A stretch of DNA of 64,000 nucleotides. Source: Batkoa obscura (taxonomy: Eukaryota). The notes beneath the pieces are model-generated. The model worked only from the letters and a program-made list of their open reading frames with translations, had not been told where the DNA came from and ran no database searches. The position numbers and the translations under genes were made by a program. Below are positions 60,301 to 64,000 of this stretch, piece by piece. Position 1 is the stretch's first letter, and each line of letters opens with the position of its first letter. The DNA lies in contig JASVEC010000012.1 of the NCBI GenBank assembly GCA_030770535.1, forward strand, positions 62,001 through 126,000. The letters run 5' to 3'.

Positions 60301-63300
60301 TATACTAGCTTCGGTATTGTTATTTAAGTCTGGTTGATCAATCTTATTAATTCCACTACTGTTATTACTGAAAGTTCTACTTAAATGTTGATTATTGCCA
60401 ATTTCATTAAAAAACGCGCCGTGATTAAAATTCAAATCATCCAAAGCTTCATTTAGCAAGCTATTATTATCTGTAGTGTTGCTAACATTATCACTTCTAT
60501 GCAGTGTGTTTGCTTTAAAGTCTTTTTTGAATTCAATTGTAAATGTTTTTGACGTATTATAGTTGCTTTCATTTAATTGGAAATTTAAAAATGAGTTTCT
60601 TCTTTTTACAGGACTTGATATTGATCTATAAAACCTTAATGAACGCTGATATTGACAAGGATAATCATTAGTGTTAAACAAATTCATTTTTTCAATGTTT
60701 TCATTTTCAATATTTTGACAATTAAATTGAGTAATCAGGTTACGTATGTTTAAAACCTTATTATTATCGATTGGTGATACTGCTTTTTCACGGTTTAACT
60801 CTACAGAATTCAATGATATGTTTCTAAAAGAAGGCTGAGTTGATAAATATGTACTTTGTAGATCAAATAAAGAAATAGAAGTGTCAGTAGTTGTAGTTGT
60901 AGTTGTACTTGTTGATGTAGATCTAGAACTAATAGAAAGTGAAGAGATCCTATCTAATTCTTTATGCTCAGCCTCTAACATTTCTTCAAATGTTTTGTTT
61001 TTAGTATCCCATTTTTCAAAGTCAATAAGACTTTTCCTAAGAGCTTCTTTAGCCAATTCCGGGTTCCTTCCTTGTTCTTCTTGCTCTCTCCTAATTGAAT
61101 TTAACGCTTCTAAGTCTTTAATTAACTCTTTTAACCTTGATAACTCTTTATTAGTTCCTAAATTCTCCAAAAGAATGTCAAATTTCTCTATTGACTGAGC
61201 AAATGTATCTAAGAAGGCATAATCGTTAAGCAAACATTTACTGACTAATAAAAGCTCTTCATATTCTTTTATAATGGAAATATAAAGTATATTCAGGCTT
61301 TGTTTTACTTCAAGATCCTTAAACTCTCCTTTTTCGGATATCGACAAAATCTCTTCCAAATCATTAAAAATTGCATCTTTTCTCAGGGTAAACTCTCTCA
61401 ATAAATCAAATTTTAAATTCATATCATTGGATTCAACATCCTCTTTATAATTTTTAATCCCCAAACAATCTAAAATAGCAAACAAACGACACAAGCATTT
61501 TGTAGCTTTTTCCAAATAATTATTATAAAAATCGAAGTTGAATTCCAAATCTAAAACCATTTGAAAGAGCTTCTCTAATAAATCTACCGGCTCTGCAGAA
61601 TAATCATCAACTAAATTAGCTAAGGCTTTACGACATATATTACTATCTCTTAGCATAATTTTAGATGTTTTGCCTTCTTGCTTCATTAAAACCACCTTTT
61701 CATTCTCTTTTTTAAAGTGAAGATCGTCATCATCATCAGACACATTAATAGTTACATTTTCTCGTCTAAATAATATGATATTATGGCTGTCACCAACGGA
61801 ATTGGCTGATCTATTTGATATGATACTGCATCTTCTTCCCTTGGGTTTATTTGAATCCACCGAGTTCCTGTTTTTATTATTGCTGCTTTCTGCCTTTAAC
61901 ATTTCAATTTCAAGCATTGAATCTTCATTTTTATCGTGTGATTCAATCGATGATTTTTCGCTTTCATTGCCTTCTTTACTTTCCACTTCTTCCTGTAGAA
62001 TATCTTCCAGTTTTATCGTCTTTGCCGATAAAGTTGAGGCCCGAAGACTGCTCCTGGTTTTGCCCAAGTTGTGGACCTTGTATTGTTTAATTGTTGTAGT
62101 GGATATAACCGAATCCCTATTCATTTGATTCATACTTGACTTGGTTGATAATTGATATTCCTCTAAAGTTTCCATCTTTTCTTTAAATTTTATCCTAGGT
62201 TCATCTTTATCTGAATTGATTTCTTCATTCGATGACTCCGTTAGGATACTATCTTCTCTTTTATTAGATTCATTTGATGTTATAGATTTTATATCAATTT
62301 CTTGGACAGACGTCTCTGTTGAATTATCATGCTGGATTCCACCTGAAGTAATGGACACGGAGTCATTGTGTTGCGCTGGATCTTCAACAGTTTTATTATT
62401 ATCAATTCTGTTATGCATGTTACTGCCATCCATGTTGATTTTATTTGAAGATCGGTTACTTACGCTAGAATGGATAGAGTTTGATTTACTCAAACTATTG
62501 GGATCTCTAGACTTTATTGAAGATGCTTCACTTGTTTGGACAATACTTTCATCTAATTTCGAATGCATTGATTGAATTTCTTCATCTTTTGGCGCTTTTT
62601 GTGTTTTTATAGGTTTAGAGTTACTTTTATTTGAATTTATTGAAACTTTATCTTCTAACACCTTTTGTTTATCGCTCAATTTATCAATAGGGCCTTTTGA
62701 CTTCAATGATAAATTTTCTTTACTAGAATACTCAGGATCAGCTAATTTGATGCTTTGCTTTTCACTGTTATCCAAGTTTTCGCTATAGTTAGTGCTTACT
62801 GTATTATTTAATACTATGTTTATAGAAGATTTATCTGGTTCATCAAAAGACATTTTAATTTTATCAATCTGATCTATCGGCATATCAACTTTAATATTAA
62901 TGGAGCTAATATTTAGTATGCCGTTTGTAGAAGATTCATGTACTTTAGCATCATCAGTTTGCCTTAAGCTAGTCTGGAGTGAAGCTATTGAAGTTGCTTT
63001 TGATGTATTTGATTTTACAGATTTTGTATTACTAACCATACTTAAGTTACTTGTCATATTAGATATACATGACTCCTCTACGAGCGAGTTTTGATCTGAG
63101 TGATCTTCTAAATAATCAGATTCCTCCTCCGAATCTCGGTAATTTGATGGATGAGACGTTGAATAATCAGAATCTTCTACTGATTCAATTGGAGTTGAAT
63201 CATACCCAGTTGACGATATTGTCTCACTGGTTGTTTCAGTTTCATCAGAACTTGAGGTCAAAAAGGAATTTATGCTTGGTTTATTTGATATAGATACTTG

Positions 63301-64000
63301 ATTTAACGAATTATCATCATAAAGTCCTGTTTCTACATTTACTTCGCTTTCAATAGAGTAATTTGATTCATCAGAGCTTTTCAGGATATTTGAAGCAAAA
63401 CTATTTTCATTTTCTAAGATAGCTGAAGCCAAACTTTCCTTAGAATAAGTTGGAGATTTAATGTACCCTTCATCACTATCATTTGTACTGATGTTAATTT
63501 TACTCTTTTCCTGGTTTTTGACGTTTAAATCCTTATCTTCCGAACCTTCAATTTCAATTGAGGCTAGTTCATCCTCTTTACACGGAACTACGGCTTCAGA
63601 TACATCCTCTACCTCATGGCTTTCTTCTGATAAAACGGAGACTTCTTTTATTATAAAACTGTCCCATTTAGTATTCCTAGGACTTATGCCAACTCTTTCT
63701 TCTGAAACTATATTTGAGTTTGTTTAAAATACTAGTATAAAAAACAAGTAAACTACCTATTTGATTATCAATAGATGAAGATTCTTCATCAGTAGTTCCG
63801 AATTCCATTATATTCACCTTGCTTACCCCAAGGATTTCAGCATCTATATTATTATCTGAAATGATTTCATCTTCAATTGTTAATGAAGATGTATTGTATG
63901 CGTCCATTTCATTAAGCACTTTTTGTATTTCTTCTTCGTTCATTGCGATTGATGTCGAAAATAATGAGCCACTTATTGACGCATTGTCCTGTACTAAGTT
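54384..64000 (-). CDS. Giant RasGEF (REM + CDC25 domain), 5' end beyond window; introns 57803-57849, 59998-60047, 63708-63756
   Basis: REM: ATIKALVEKLT...FIETFLLTFRAF...RVNNVLKIWLE; CDC25: DPMEVARQLT, LKNYNSL, ARLKRTW, NYAEYR, PCLPFLGIYLTDLTFTDEGN, VNFAK; three phase-1 GT-AG introns join the four ORFs in frame. Confidence 0.88.

Overview
Very AT-rich eukaryotic genomic DNA with many short (~45-60 nt) GT-AG introns. A Cet1-type RNA triphosphatase, intronless F-box/LRR and kelch genes, and the base composition point to an early-diverging fungus, plausibly Entomophthoromycotina (inference only). Housekeeping genes: SPT2, LCP5/neuroguidin, CET1, an ACSF2-like acyl-CoA synthetase, PheRS-beta, CYM1 presequence protease, a HUL5/UBE3C HECT ligase, a WD40 protein, a TGL2-like lipase, two UNC-93/Ngt1-like MFS transporters and a giant 5'-truncated RasGEF. 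Signals not explained by the ORF track: (1) a ~99-bp palindromic MITE present about 18 times, with GRG...CYC termini and 4-bp target-site duplications (Sola-like), including a nested copy and one inserted in codon 5 of a kelch pseudogene; (2) two tandem H/ACA snoRNA genes whose 5' pocket matches the SNORA70/U70 target in 18S rRNA; (3) three tiny secreted-peptide precursor genes sharing one signal-peptide type but carrying different cargo; (4) a domesticated, catalytically dead pogo/CENP-B transposase; (5) a second repeat family with strongly directional C:G>T:A decay, and a long-TIR foldback element. Exon boundaries were read by eye and are approximate.
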